Source: an uncultured Bacilli bacterium (lineage in GTDB: Bacteria > Bacillota_I > Bacilli_A > RF39 > UBA660). Taken from it: DNA of 37,070 nt. This document shows positions 17,420-27,186 of this stretch, piece by piece. The translations under genes and the position numbers were made by a program. The stretch lies in contig CALVIF010000003.1 of the NCBI GenBank assembly GCA_944329395.1, forward strand, positions 1 through 37,070, given 5' to 3'. The notes below the pieces were generated by a model. That model did not search any database and was not told the origin of the DNA. It worked only from the letters and a program-made list of their open reading frames with translations. How positions within the stretch are numbered: position 1 is the stretch's first letter; the number at the start of each line of letters is the position of its first letter.

Positions 17420-18553
17420 ATGAAAAAAGTGGCTATATTATCTTTACATTTAGGCTTTGGTGGAATTGAAAAATCAATTGTGGCTGTATCAAATTTATTA
17501 TGTGAAAAATATGATGTGGAAATTATTTGTACTTATAAACTTTATGATAAACCTGTTTTTGATATTGATGAGCGAGTTAAGATTAGATATTTATTACCAA
17601 ATTTAAAACCGAATCGAGAAGAGATAAGAAATTGTTTAAAAAATTTTAAAATTTTCAGTTTGTTTAAAGAGAGTTTTAAAGCAATAAAGATTTTGTATTT
17701 GCGTAAAAAAACAATGGTTAATTATATTGCTAATAGTGATGCTGATATAATTATTTCTACACGAGATATATTTAATGAATGGCTTTCAGAATATGCTCCT
17801 AAGGGTATTTTAAAGATAGGATGGGAACATAATCATTATCATGATAACTACAATTATGCTAGAAGTATTGTTAGATCAGCTATGTGGCTAGATTATTTAG
17901 TTTTAGTGTCTGATTCACTTAGAAAATATTATAAGAAGCAAATGGTTCGTTCAAATTGTAAGTGTGTGTACATACCTAATATTATTGATGAAATTCCTAA
18001 AAACTGTTCAAAACTTAATGAAAAAAGAATTGTTTCTATTGGTAGACTTTCACCTGAAAAAGGTTATTTAGATTTACTTCGAATTTATAATAGTGTTGTA
18101 CATAAATATCCAGATTGGAAGCTTGATATTATTGGTGATGGAGTAGAAAAAGCTAAATTAGAAGAGTATATTAATCATCATAATTTAAATAATAGTGTTA
18201 CCTTACATGGCTTTAGAAAGAAAGAATATATTAATGATATTTTGCATAAATCTTCTATTTATGTAATGACTTCATATACAGAATCTTTTGGAATAGTTTT
18301 ACTTGAAGCTATGTCACATGGGTTACCATGTATTGCATTTGACTCTGCTGAAGGTGCTTGTGAATTGATTAATAGCGGTATGAATGGTTATCTAATTAAA
18401 CATCGTAATTTTTCAGCGATGATTAAAAAAATTGAAGATTTAATAAAAGATATTGAAGTAAGAAAAAGAATAGGTAAAGCTGGGCGTGCTGATGTGAAAA
18501 AATATACAAGTGAAGTTGTTAAGGATAAATGGTTTGATTTGTTAGAGAGGTGA
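17420..18553 (+). CDS. Glycosyltransferase family 4
   Basis: GFGGIEK, IGRLSPEKGY, IIGDG, ESFGIVLLEAMSHGLP (EX7E motif). Confidence 0.93.
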   Translation: MKKVAILSLHLGFGGIEKSIVAVSNLLCEKYDVEIICTYKLYDKPVFDIDERVKIRYLLPNLKPNREEIRNCLKNFKIFSLFKESFKAIKILYLRKKTMVNYIANSDADIIISTRDIFNEWLSEYAPKGILKIGWEHNHYHDNYNYARSIVRSAMWLDYLVLVSDSLRKYYKKQMVRSNCKCVYIPNIIDEIPKNCSKLNEKRIVSIGRLSPEKGYLDLLRIYNSVVHKYPDWKLDIIGDGVEKAKLEEYINHHNLNNSVTLHGFRKKEYINDILHKSSIYVMTSYTESFGIVLLEAMSHGLPCIAFDSAEGACELINSGMNGYLIKHRNFSAMIKKIEDLIKDIEVRKRIGKAGRADVKKYTSEVVKDKWFDLLER

Positions 18554-18561
18554 AGATAATT

Positions 18562-19035
18562 ATGAAGAAAAATGTTATGTTTATTTCTTCTACTGGTGGG
18601 CATTTAAATGAAATGTTACAGTTAGAAAAATTATTTGATAAATATGATTATCATATTGTGACAGAAAAAACAAAAATTAATTTGAATTTAAAAAATAAGT
18701 ATAAGAATAAGATTGATTTTTTAGTATTTGGAACTAAGGATTTTATGCTTACTTATCCTTTTAAATTACTTTATAATTGTTTTAAGAGTTTGTATATATA
18801 CTTGAAAGTGCATCCAGATTATATTATTACAACTGGTGCTCATACAGCTGGACCTATGTGTTGTATTGGGAAAATTTTTGGCTCTAAAATTATTTATATT
18901 GAAAGTTTTGCTAATATAAGTTCAAAAACAATTACTGGTAAGTTATTGTATCCAATTGCTGATATGTTTATTGTACAGTGGGAAAGTATGTTGATGTTAT
19001 ATCCTGATGCTGTATATGGGGGGTGGATTTTTTAA
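18562..19035 (+). CDS. PssD/Cps14F-type (Alg14-like) glycosyltransferase subunit
   Basis: SSTGGHLNEM, PDYIITTGA, IYIESFA, FIVQWE. Confidence 0.9.
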   Translation: MKKNVMFISSTGGHLNEMLQLEKLFDKYDYHIVTEKTKINLNLKNKYKNKIDFLVFGTKDFMLTYPFKLLYNCFKSLYIYLKVHPDYIITTGAHTAGPMCCIGKIFGSKIIYIESFANISSKTITGKLLYPIADMFIVQWESMLMLYPDAVYGGWIF

Positions 19036-19916
19036 TGATATTTGTTACTTTAGGAACACAAGATAAGGGTTTTGAACGTTTATTAAAACAAATTGATAAA
19101 GATATAATTAATGGTAATATAAAAGAAAAAGTAATTGTTCAAGCTGGACATACTAAATATAAATCAGATAATATGGAAATTTTTGATTTTGTACCAGCTG
19201 ATGAATTTGAAAAATTAGTTGAAAAAGCAAATATTTTAATTACACATGGTGGTGCTGGATCCATATTAGATGGAATAAAAAGAGGGAAAACTATTATAGC
19301 AGCAGCTAGATTAAAAAAATATAAGGAACATTGTAATGATCATCAAAAACAAATAATTAAGGAATTTGCAAGTAAAGGATATATTTTAGAACTTAAAGAT
19401 TTTGCTAAACTTGGTAAATTGATTGAAAAAGCTAAAAACTTTAAACCTAAGAAATTTACTAGTAATACTGTTAATATGGTTAATTTAATCGATAATTATA
19501 TTGAGGATAGTAATCATATTTCTTGGTATAACAAAACTAAAGAGGTTTTATGGTATGGCTTTTTTGGAGTGCTTACAACAGTTGTTAATATAGTTAGCTT
19601 TTATTTATTAGATAAAATAGGAATTAATACTTATATTGCTAATTTATTTGCATGGATATTATCTGTTTTGTTTGCTTTTATTACTAATAAATTTTTTGTT
19701 TTTAATTCTAAGGGTATGAATTTAAAAATTTTTCTTAAAGAAATTTTTTCATTTTTCTTCTTTAGAATATTATCTTTAGGAATTGATATGGGTGGATTAT
19801 TTGTATGTCTTAATTTATTACATATTGGAAAAATGACTTCTAAGATATTGATGAATGTAGTTGTTGTTATTGTTAATTATATATTTAGTAAAGTATTTAT
19901 TTTTAAAAAGAAATAG
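19035..19916 (+). CDS. PssE/Cps14G-type (Alg13-like) glycosyltransferase fused to a GtrA-family flippase domain
   Basis: N-terminal MIFVTLGTQ..FERL, ITHGGAGSI, EHCNDHQ. C-terminal 4-TM region YGFFGVLTTVVN...FAFITNKFFVF...NYIFSKVFIF. Confidence 0.88.
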   Translation: MIFVTLGTQDKGFERLLKQIDKDIINGNIKEKVIVQAGHTKYKSDNMEIFDFVPADEFEKLVEKANILITHGGAGSILDGIKRGKTIIAAARLKKYKEHCNDHQKQIIKEFASKGYILELKDFAKLGKLIEKAKNFKPKKFTSNTVNMVNLIDNYIEDSNHISWYNKTKEVLWYGFFGVLTTVVNIVSFYLLDKIGINTYIANLFAWILSVLFAFITNKFFVFNSKGMNLKIFLKEIFSFFFFRILSLGIDMGGLFVCLNLLHIGKMTSKILMNVVVVIVNYIFSKVFIFKKK

Positions 19917-20018
19917 TTTTGTAGATAATATTAAAATTTAGTGTAAAATATTTATTTCTATTTGTTTTTCATATACAAATATTAAAAAATTTGTTATAGT
20001 GTAGTTTAGGTGATACTG

Positions 20019-20579
20019 ATGAAAAAGGTTTCTATTTTGCTATTTGTAGTTGGTGGTATTTGTCTTTTTTGTGGTTTGACGCTTTCTTTTATTGTTAGTT
20101 TAAAAGAAGATAGGGTCGCTACTTTGGCTAGAATGAATGATATTAAGGATGAATATAAAAATTTTAGTAATTCTGTTGATGTTTTTAATGATATTAGAAA
20201 TTCACTATATTTAAATGTTTTTGAAAATATGTATATTGATACTATGTCATCTAAGGATAAAGAGATAAAGGAAACTTTATTAAATTACGAAAGTAGTGTT
20301 AATGATGTTGCAAAAACTGTTAATAAGTTATCTAATTTATGTGGAACAATATATTTTTCAAATAGTAATATTAATGATAAATGTGATGGTTATGCTAATG
20401 TTTATGAACAAATAGTTAATGCTTTTGTTTCTGATGTTACTCTTTACAATAATAATGTTTTGCAATATAATGAGTATCAAAAAGAAAGTGGCACTGATAG
20501 TTTACTTTCTGATTATAAAACGGAAAAAAAATATATAGATTATAATAATGATAAGAAATTTGATGGTAAGGATGAGTAG
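20019..20579 (+). CDS. Membrane-anchored hypothetical protein
   Basis: N-terminal TM/signal sequence, helical body with a Cys pair. Confidence 0.7.
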   Translation: MKKVSILLFVVGGICLFCGLTLSFIVSLKEDRVATLARMNDIKDEYKNFSNSVDVFNDIRNSLYLNVFENMYIDTMSSKDKEIKETLLNYESSVNDVAKTVNKLSNLCGTIYFSNSNINDKCDGYANVYEQIVNAFVSDVTLYNNNVLQYNEYQKESGTDSLLSDYKTEKKYIDYNNDKKFDGKDE

Positions 20580-20581
20580 TT

Positions 20582-21613
20582 ATGACAAAGAAAAAGTGGT
20601 CTTTAAAAAGAAAAATATTTGTTGCATTGGGTAGTTTTTTGTCTTTAGGAATAATGGCATTTATTTTTGTTTTTTATGGACCATGGGATGGTTTTAGAAA
20701 TTTTTGGATAACTAGTGCAATGACTACTATGAGTCATCAATATTTGGCTACTTGGTTTTACAGTGATGAAGTTATTTCTAAAGTTTTAGCTAATAATGTT
20801 ATTCATGAGGTTGATGAAACATCTAATCCTAATGATGTTCAGTTAAAAAAGTATACTGCTAAAACAATATATAAAAACGAGTATGATAAGGCAGTATTGA
20901 CTAAGGATCCAGGAAATGATTTATATAAAGTAATTGAAATTAAGGGAATGTCATATCAGGGATATTTAGTTGTTTTATATGATCCTTCTAAAATTTCGAT
21001 TGCTACTACTAATTATTTAGGGGTACGTGGTGAAGATATTTTGACAGTATCTAAAAGAGAGAATGCAATCATAGCAATGAATGCTGGAGGATTTTATGAT
21101 CCTGATTGGAACTCTAATGGTGCATTGCCACATGGTACAGTAATTTCAAATGGTAAGGTAGTTAGTGATTATGTTGATGCTAGAATGGGTGGAGGATTTA
21201 TTTGTTTTACTAAGGAAAATAAGTTGGTTTTAGGTAAAATGAGTAAAGAAGAAGCTCTTAATATTGGTTGTAGAGATGCAGTTGAATTTGGACCATTTTT
21301 AATTGTTAATGGTAAAAGTTCATTTATAAAAGGTAATGGTGGATGGGGAATAGCTCCTCGTACTGCTATTGGACAACGAAAAGATGGAATTGTTTTGATG
21401 CTTGTTATTAATGGTAGAATTGCATCTAGTATAGGAGCAAGTATGGTTGATTTAACAGAAATAATGGAAAATTATGGTGCATATAATGCTGCTAATTTGG
21501 ATGGTGGTTCTTCAACTGAACTAGTAATAAAGAACGAGATAATTAATACACCGGTTGCTGGTGGAAGATATGGTTTACGTGATATGTCGACTTTTTGGAT
21601 TGTTAAAGAATAA
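20582..21613 (+). CDS. Phosphodiester glycosidase (NAGPA / EpsL-like) family protein
   Basis: AMNAGGF, FGPFLIVNG, APRTAIGQRKDG, AANLDGGSST; N-terminal TM. Confidence 0.9.
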   Translation: MTKKKWSLKRKIFVALGSFLSLGIMAFIFVFYGPWDGFRNFWITSAMTTMSHQYLATWFYSDEVISKVLANNVIHEVDETSNPNDVQLKKYTAKTIYKNEYDKAVLTKDPGNDLYKVIEIKGMSYQGYLVVLYDPSKISIATTNYLGVRGEDILTVSKRENAIIAMNAGGFYDPDWNSNGALPHGTVISNGKVVSDYVDARMGGGFICFTKENKLVLGKMSKEEALNIGCRDAVEFGPFLIVNGKSSFIKGNGGWGIAPRTAIGQRKDGIVLMLVINGRIASSIGASMVDLTEIMENYGAYNAANLDGGSSTELVIKNEIINTPVAGGRYGLRDMSTFWIVKE

Positions 21614-21672
21614 TTTTTGTTGTTATGATAAAATTTTATTGAATATTTATTTAATGCTTAGGAGTGATAGAA

Positions 21673-21987
21673 ATGAATATATTATCGTTAGTTGGACAAT
21701 GTAATGATCCAGTAATGCTTTATGTATTGGGAATTTTTAAAAGAATTTTGAGTGTTATTCAACTTGCAGGTCCTATTGTTGGTATTGTTGCAATTATACT
21801 TAATTTAATTAAGTTAATGTCATCTCCTGATGATAAAAAAAATCAAAAACTAATTATAAATTGGTTAATTGCAATAATTATGTTATTTTTGTTGCCAACA
21901 GTTATTAATATAGTTATGTCATTGTTAGATAATTCTTTTAAGATTAGTAGTTGTTGGAATAATGCATTAATATTTTTTAAATTATAA
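21673..21987 (+). CDS. Small two-TM protein, VirB2/TrbC pilin-like
   Basis: Amphipathic helix, TM, short charged loop (SSPDDKKNQK), TM; flanking Cys residues. Confidence 0.5.
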   Translation: MNILSLVGQCNDPVMLYVLGIFKRILSVIQLAGPIVGIVAIILNLIKLMSSPDDKKNQKLIINWLIAIIMLFLLPTVINIVMSLLDNSFKISSCWNNALIFFKL

Positions 21988-22063
21988 TTATATGAACTTC
22001 TTTTATGAAGTTTTTTTGTTTCTTTTTTTATAAAAATGTTTTAAAATTATTATAGGTGAATGT

Positions 22064-23317
22064 ATGATAAAGAATGTAAATAAAAATAAATTTGTTCTAT
22101 TTTGTATACTTTTATTAGTGTTTTTTTGTGGATGTTTTTTTTATTTACAATACTTGGAAAAAGAGGCAATTAAAGAGAAGAAAATAATAGATAGAGAATT
22201 ACTTATTTCAAAAATAAGGAATAGTTATAGTAAATATATCAAAGTAAAGAAGGATACTATTTTATATAGAAAAGATAATGATAAGTATGTTAAGGCTCTT
22301 AAAGTTAAGACTGAAAAAGATTATACTTTAGAAGATATTAATATTGATGAAAATACTAAATATTTTTATATTGAAGAGTTGGGGTATTATGTTAAATATC
22401 AAGATGTAGTTAAGATTGAAACTTTAAGTAATAAGGATTTGCGATATAAAAATTATTTGCCTTTTAATGAAAATATTGTTACAAAAGAAAATGTTAATTT
22501 ATATAAAGATAATGAAATTGTTTTTGAATTATATTTTAGTTTAGATACTCAAATTATTGAGAAAAGTGAAGATGGTATTTATGTTGAGTATAATAATGAG
22601 TTATATATGATAAAAAATGAAGATATTGTAAAGACTTATTATAAGGAAAATACTAAGTTGATAGAAGCTACTAGTGTACCGGTTACGGTATATCACTTTA
22701 TTTATTTAAATGATGATAAATCTTGTAATGAATCTATTTGTCATAGTGAAACACAAATTAGAACACATTTTAATTATTTAAGAGAAAATAATTTTTTTAC
22801 TTTAACTACTACGGAAATTGGGAAATTTATTGATGGTAAAATTAGATTACCTGAAAAAAGTATTTTAATTACAATTGATGATGGGGCAAGGGCATGGAAT
22901 TTTGTTCCTTTACTAGAGGAGTATAAAGTAAATGCAACATTGTTTTTGGTTAGTTCTTGGTATGATAAAGAAAGGTTTTCATCTTCTTATATGGAACTTG
23001 CCAGTCATACACATAATTTACATACTCCTGGTGTTTGTAGTGGAGGACAAGGTAGTCCACTTAAGTGTGGGAATAGGGATAGTTTAATTCAAGATTTAAA
23101 AGCAAGTAGAGAAACATTAAACAATACTAAGGCTTTTTGTTTTCCTTTTTATGAGTATAATGATTACGCTCTTAGTGTAGTTAAGGAAGCAGGTTTTGAA
23201 ATGGCTTTTATTGGAGGATATAAGAATGTAACTAGAGGGATTGATAAATTAAAAATACCTCGTATTCCATTAACTGATTATACGACTTTAGAACAATATA
23301 TAAGATATGTTAGTTAA
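22064..23317 (+). CDS. Membrane-anchored polysaccharide deacetylase (CE4, IcaB/PgaB-like)
   Basis: VPVTVYH, LITIDDG, ATLFLV, ASHTHNLH, FCFPF, IPRIP. Confidence 0.88.
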   Translation: MIKNVNKNKFVLFCILLLVFFCGCFFYLQYLEKEAIKEKKIIDRELLISKIRNSYSKYIKVKKDTILYRKDNDKYVKALKVKTEKDYTLEDINIDENTKYFYIEELGYYVKYQDVVKIETLSNKDLRYKNYLPFNENIVTKENVNLYKDNEIVFELYFSLDTQIIEKSEDGIYVEYNNELYMIKNEDIVKTYYKENTKLIEATSVPVTVYHFIYLNDDKSCNESICHSETQIRTHFNYLRENNFFTLTTTEIGKFIDGKIRLPEKSILITIDDGARAWNFVPLLEEYKVNATLFLVSSWYDKERFSSSYMELASHTHNLHTPGVCSGGQGSPLKCGNRDSLIQDLKASRETLNNTKAFCFPFYEYNDYALSVVKEAGFEMAFIGGYKNVTRGIDKLKIPRIPLTDYTTLEQYIRYVS

Positions 23318-23452
23318 AGTTGTGATATAAATTATAATTTTATTATGTATTAGGGAATTTTAAAAAAATAATTGAAAAAAGGGATTTATAGTCGAAATTC
23401 TTTTTTTTTTAAATTATTTGATATATAATATGATTAATGGAGGATGATAAAT

Positions 23453-26400
23453 ATGAAGAAGATAATGGATGGCAATGAGGCATGTAGTTACGTATCATAT
23501 AATTTTACAGAAGTAGCTGGCATTTACCCAATTACTCCAGCATCACCTATGGCAGAACTTACTGATAAATGGAGTAGTGAGGGGAAATTAAATTATTTTG
23601 GAACTCCAGTTAAAGTTGTGGAAATGGAATCAGAAGCTGGAGCGGCTGGAATGGTTCATGGCTCATTACAGGCAGGGTGTTTAACAACAACTTATACGGC
23701 AAGTCAGGGATTATTGTTGATGATTCCTAACATGTATAGAATTGCTGGACAATTGTTACCATGTGTAATTAATGTTGCTGCAAGATCATTAGCTACTCAT
23801 GCTTTATCTATATTTGGTGATCATCAAGATATATATGCGGTTAGAAGTACTGGGTTTGCAATGTTAGCTTCTTCATCTGTTCAACAGGTTATGGATTTAA
23901 CAGGTGTTGCTCATTTAGCCGCTATTAAAGGTCGTGTTCCGTTTGTTAATTTTTTTGATGGATTTAGAACAAGTCATGAATTACAAAAGGTTGATTTAAT
24001 TGATGTAGATAAATTAAAAAATTTAATAGATGAAAATGCTTTATGTGAATTTAGAGAAAGGGCTTTGAATCTTGATAATCCAATTATTAGAGGTACTTCT
24101 CAAAATGATGATATATATTTTCAAGCTACTGAGGTACGTAATAAGTATTATGATAAAGTTCCGGATATTGTTAATAATTATATGGAAGAAATTAATAAAA
24201 TTACAGGGGCTAATTATCAACCTTTTAATTATTATGGAAGTAAAAATGCAACGAAAATTATTGTGGCTATGGGGTCTGTTTGTCAAACAATACGTGAGAC
24301 AGTTGAATATTTAGTTACACAAAAAAATGAAAATGTTGGATTAATTGAAGTTCATTTATATAGACCTTTTAGTACTAAGTATTTTTTTAAAGCTTTGCCT
24401 AAAACTGTAAAGAAAATAGCTGTTTTGGATCGAACTAAGGAACCTGGTTCTAGTGGTGAACCACTTTATTTGGATGTTGTAAAAACGATTAAAGATGTTG
24501 ATGCTAAAGTTACAGTGTTTGGTGGTAGATATGGTTTATCTAGTAAAAATACAACTCCAGCTATGATTAAGGGTTTATTTGATTATATGGATACCAGAGA
24601 TATGCATAATAATTTTACTTTGGGAATTATGGATGATGTTACAAAATTATCTATACCATATGATAAGAAATTTTTGTTACCAAGTTCTAATATTGAATTT
24701 TTAGTATATGGCTTTGGTAGTGATGGAATGGTTAGTGCTACTAAAGATTTAATGAAAATTACTGGAACTTATACAAATGCTTATGTACAGGGATATTTTC
24801 AATATGATTCAAAAAAATCTGGTGGAGTGACTATTTCTAATTTGCGATTTGGTAAGGGAATAATTTCTTCTGCTTACTATGTTGAAAAGGCAAGTTTGGT
24901 TGTTTGTACTAAAGATTCTTATTTAAAGAAATTAAAAATGCTTGATAGGTTGAAAACTAAAGGAACATTTGTGTTAAATACATCTAAAACACCTGATGAA
25001 GTTTTGGCAATGATGAGTAATCATGATAAGAAAATATTGCAAGAGAGAAATATTAAAATGTTTATTATTAATGCTGATATGATTGCGGAGAAGGCTGGAA
25101 TAAAGGGTAAAATTAGTGCTATTATGGAAGTATTAATTTTTAAACTAGGGAAAATTATTGATTTTGATTTTGCGGTTGGTAAAATAAAAGAAAATCTTGC
25201 GGCAAAGTTTAGTACTAAAGGTGGAGATTTAGTTAGTAAAAATATTAGTGCTATTGATAATTGTTTACAAAAACTTATTCCAGTTAAGATACCGTCTGTT
25301 GATTATATTGAACAATTTAACAATAAAAAAAGTTTTTTTGAAATTATTGATTCTATGGAAGGTGATAGTCTTCCAGTAAGTAGTTTTGTTAAAATGGCTG
25401 ATGGTACTTATGAGTGTGGAACTTCAAAATTAGATAAAAGAGATGTTTCTGATGTTGCTCCATGTTTTATATCTCAAAATTGTATTTCATGTAATTTATG
25501 TTCTTTAGTTTGTCCTCATGCAGTTATAAGACCATTTTTATTAAACGAAAAGGAACAAATTGATGCACCTGAATCTGTTAGTCGTAATCTGCTTTCTATC
25601 AATATAAAAGATCAAGACTATAAATATACTATAGGGGTTAGTTTACCAGATTGTACTGGGTGTGGTTTATGTAGTGAGATTTGTCCTGGAAAAAAAGGTG
25701 CTAAGGCTATAGTTATGAAGGCAAAAGAGGAATTATTAAAGGATAAAAAAGAGGAAGAGTATAAATATTTATTTGAGGAAGTTAGTGAAAAGAAAAATGT
25801 AATGCCAACAAATACTGTTAAGGGAAGTCAATTTAAAAGCCCAAAATTTGAATTTCCTGGAGCTTGTGCTGGATGTGGTGAAACGCCATATTTAAAGCTT
25901 TTGACACAGTTATTTGGTGAAAAAATGATGGTAGCAAATGCTACTGGTTGTTCTTCAATTTATGGTGCATCTATGCCATCAATGCCATATTCTATACCAT
26001 GGGCTAATTCTTTATTTGAGGATAATGCTGAGTTTGGTTTTGGAATGAAAATTGCCGATTTAACGATGAAAAATAGAATAGTTTCTTTAATAAAAAATAA
26101 TATTAAATCTGTAAAAAAGAGTGAACAAGATATCTATATGGCTTATGCTAACGATATTAATGAAGAGACTGCAGAAAAATTATTAGAAATTATTGATGAG
26201 ACTAAAATTCCTGATTTATTGAAGCTTAAGAAATTTATTTCTCCTAAGTCAGTTTGGTTAATTGGTGGAGATGGATGGGCTTATGATATTGGTTTTAATG
26301 GAATTGACCATGTTTTAGCAAATAAGGAAAATGTAAATATTTTAGTACTTGATACGGAAGTTTACTCAAATACTGGTGGGCAAGCTTCAAAATCGACAAG

Positions 26401-26881
26401 AGTTGGTGCGATTGCTAAATTTGCATCTAGCGGTAAGCAAACTAGTAAGAAAGATTTAGCAAGAATTGCTCTTACATACTCGCATGTGTATGTAGGTACA
26501 ATTTCATTAGGTGCTAATCCTAGTCAGGCTATTAAAGTATTAAAAGAAGCTGAAGCATATAATGGTCCAAGTATAATTATTGCTTATGCACCATGTATAG
26601 CTCAGGGAATAATTAAAGGAATGAAAAATAGCATTTTGGAAGAGAAAAATGCTACAGATTGTGGATATTTCCCTTTATTTCATTATAATCCTGATACTGG
26701 TGAATTTAAAATGGATAGTAAGGCTGATTTTTCTAAGTATAATGAGTTTATTGTTGGTGAGGATAGATATAGATCATTAACAATGATTTCAAAAAATGCT
26801 AAAGAGTTATTAAATAAAAATAAAGATAATGCGGAAAATAGATATAATTATTATAAGTCTTTAGAAATTAGTGAAGAATAA
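23453..26881 (+). CDS. nifJ: Pyruvate:ferredoxin (flavodoxin) oxidoreductase
   Basis: IYPITPAS, SEAGAAG, FFDGFRTSHE, YDSKKSGG, two CxxCxxCxxxC clusters, GACAGCGETPY, GGDGWAYDIG, DTEVYSNTGGQ. Confidence 0.97.
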   Translation: MKKIMDGNEACSYVSYNFTEVAGIYPITPASPMAELTDKWSSEGKLNYFGTPVKVVEMESEAGAAGMVHGSLQAGCLTTTYTASQGLLLMIPNMYRIAGQLLPCVINVAARSLATHALSIFGDHQDIYAVRSTGFAMLASSSVQQVMDLTGVAHLAAIKGRVPFVNFFDGFRTSHELQKVDLIDVDKLKNLIDENALCEFRERALNLDNPIIRGTSQNDDIYFQATEVRNKYYDKVPDIVNNYMEEINKITGANYQPFNYYGSKNATKIIVAMGSVCQTIRETVEYLVTQKNENVGLIEVHLYRPFSTKYFFKALPKTVKKIAVLDRTKEPGSSGEPLYLDVVKTIKDVDAKVTVFGGRYGLSSKNTTPAMIKGLFDYMDTRDMHNNFTLGIMDDVTKLSIPYDKKFLLPSSNIEFLVYGFGSDGMVSATKDLMKITGTYTNAYVQGYFQYDSKKSGGVTISNLRFGKGIISSAYYVEKASLVVCTKDSYLKKLKMLDRLKTKGTFVLNTSKTPDEVLAMMSNHDKKILQERNIKMFIINADMIAEKAGIKGKISAIMEVLIFKLGKIIDFDFAVGKIKENLAAKFSTKGGDLVSKNISAIDNCLQKLIPVKIPSVDYIEQFNNKKSFFEIIDSMEGDSLPVSSFVKMADGTYECGTSKLDKRDVSDVAPCFISQNCISCNLCSLVCPHAVIRPFLLNEKEQIDAPESVSRNLLSINIKDQDYKYTIGVSLPDCTGCGLCSEICPGKKGAKAIVMKAKEELLKDKKEEEYKYLFEEVSEKKNVMPTNTVKGSQFKSPKFEFPGACAGCGETPYLKLLTQLFGEKMMVANATGCSSIYGASMPSMPYSIPWANSLFEDNAEFGFGMKIADLTMKNRIVSLIKNNIKSVKKSEQDIYMAYANDINEETAEKLLEIIDETKIPDLLKLKKFISPKSVWLIGGDGWAYDIGFNGIDHVLANKENVNILVLDTEVYSNTGGQASKSTRVGAIAKFASSGKQTSKKDLARIALTYSHVYVGTISLGANPSQAIKVLKEAEAYNGPSIIIAYAPCIAQGIIKGMKNSILEEKNATDCGYFPLFHYNPDTGEFKMDSKADFSKYNEFIVGEDRYRSLTMISKNAKELLNKNKDNAENRYNYYKSLEISEE

Positions 26882-26882
26882 A

Positions 26883-26912
26883 AAAAGAATTGATAAAAAA
26901 TCAATTCTTTTT
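26883..26912 (+). terminator. Terminator after nifJ
   Basis: AAAAGAATTGA...TCAATTCTTTT. Confidence 0.75.
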
Positions 26913-27186
26913 AATTTTTAAGAAAAGTGTTGTTGTAATTATAAATAATTTTGATAGTTATAAAATTAGCTTACTGTGAATAAATTTACATATTTTAAGA
27001 TAATTTAATTATAAAATAATAATTACTTGACATACTTTTTAATTTAATTAAATTTAACTTTTGATTATTAATTTTTCCTTTTTATAATAATTTTTAATTT
27101 TATAGTTTTCTAAAAATTAGTTAATAAAAAAAGACTATATATTTTTTTTTTATGATATAATTGATTAAGATAGGAGTGAGATAAAG

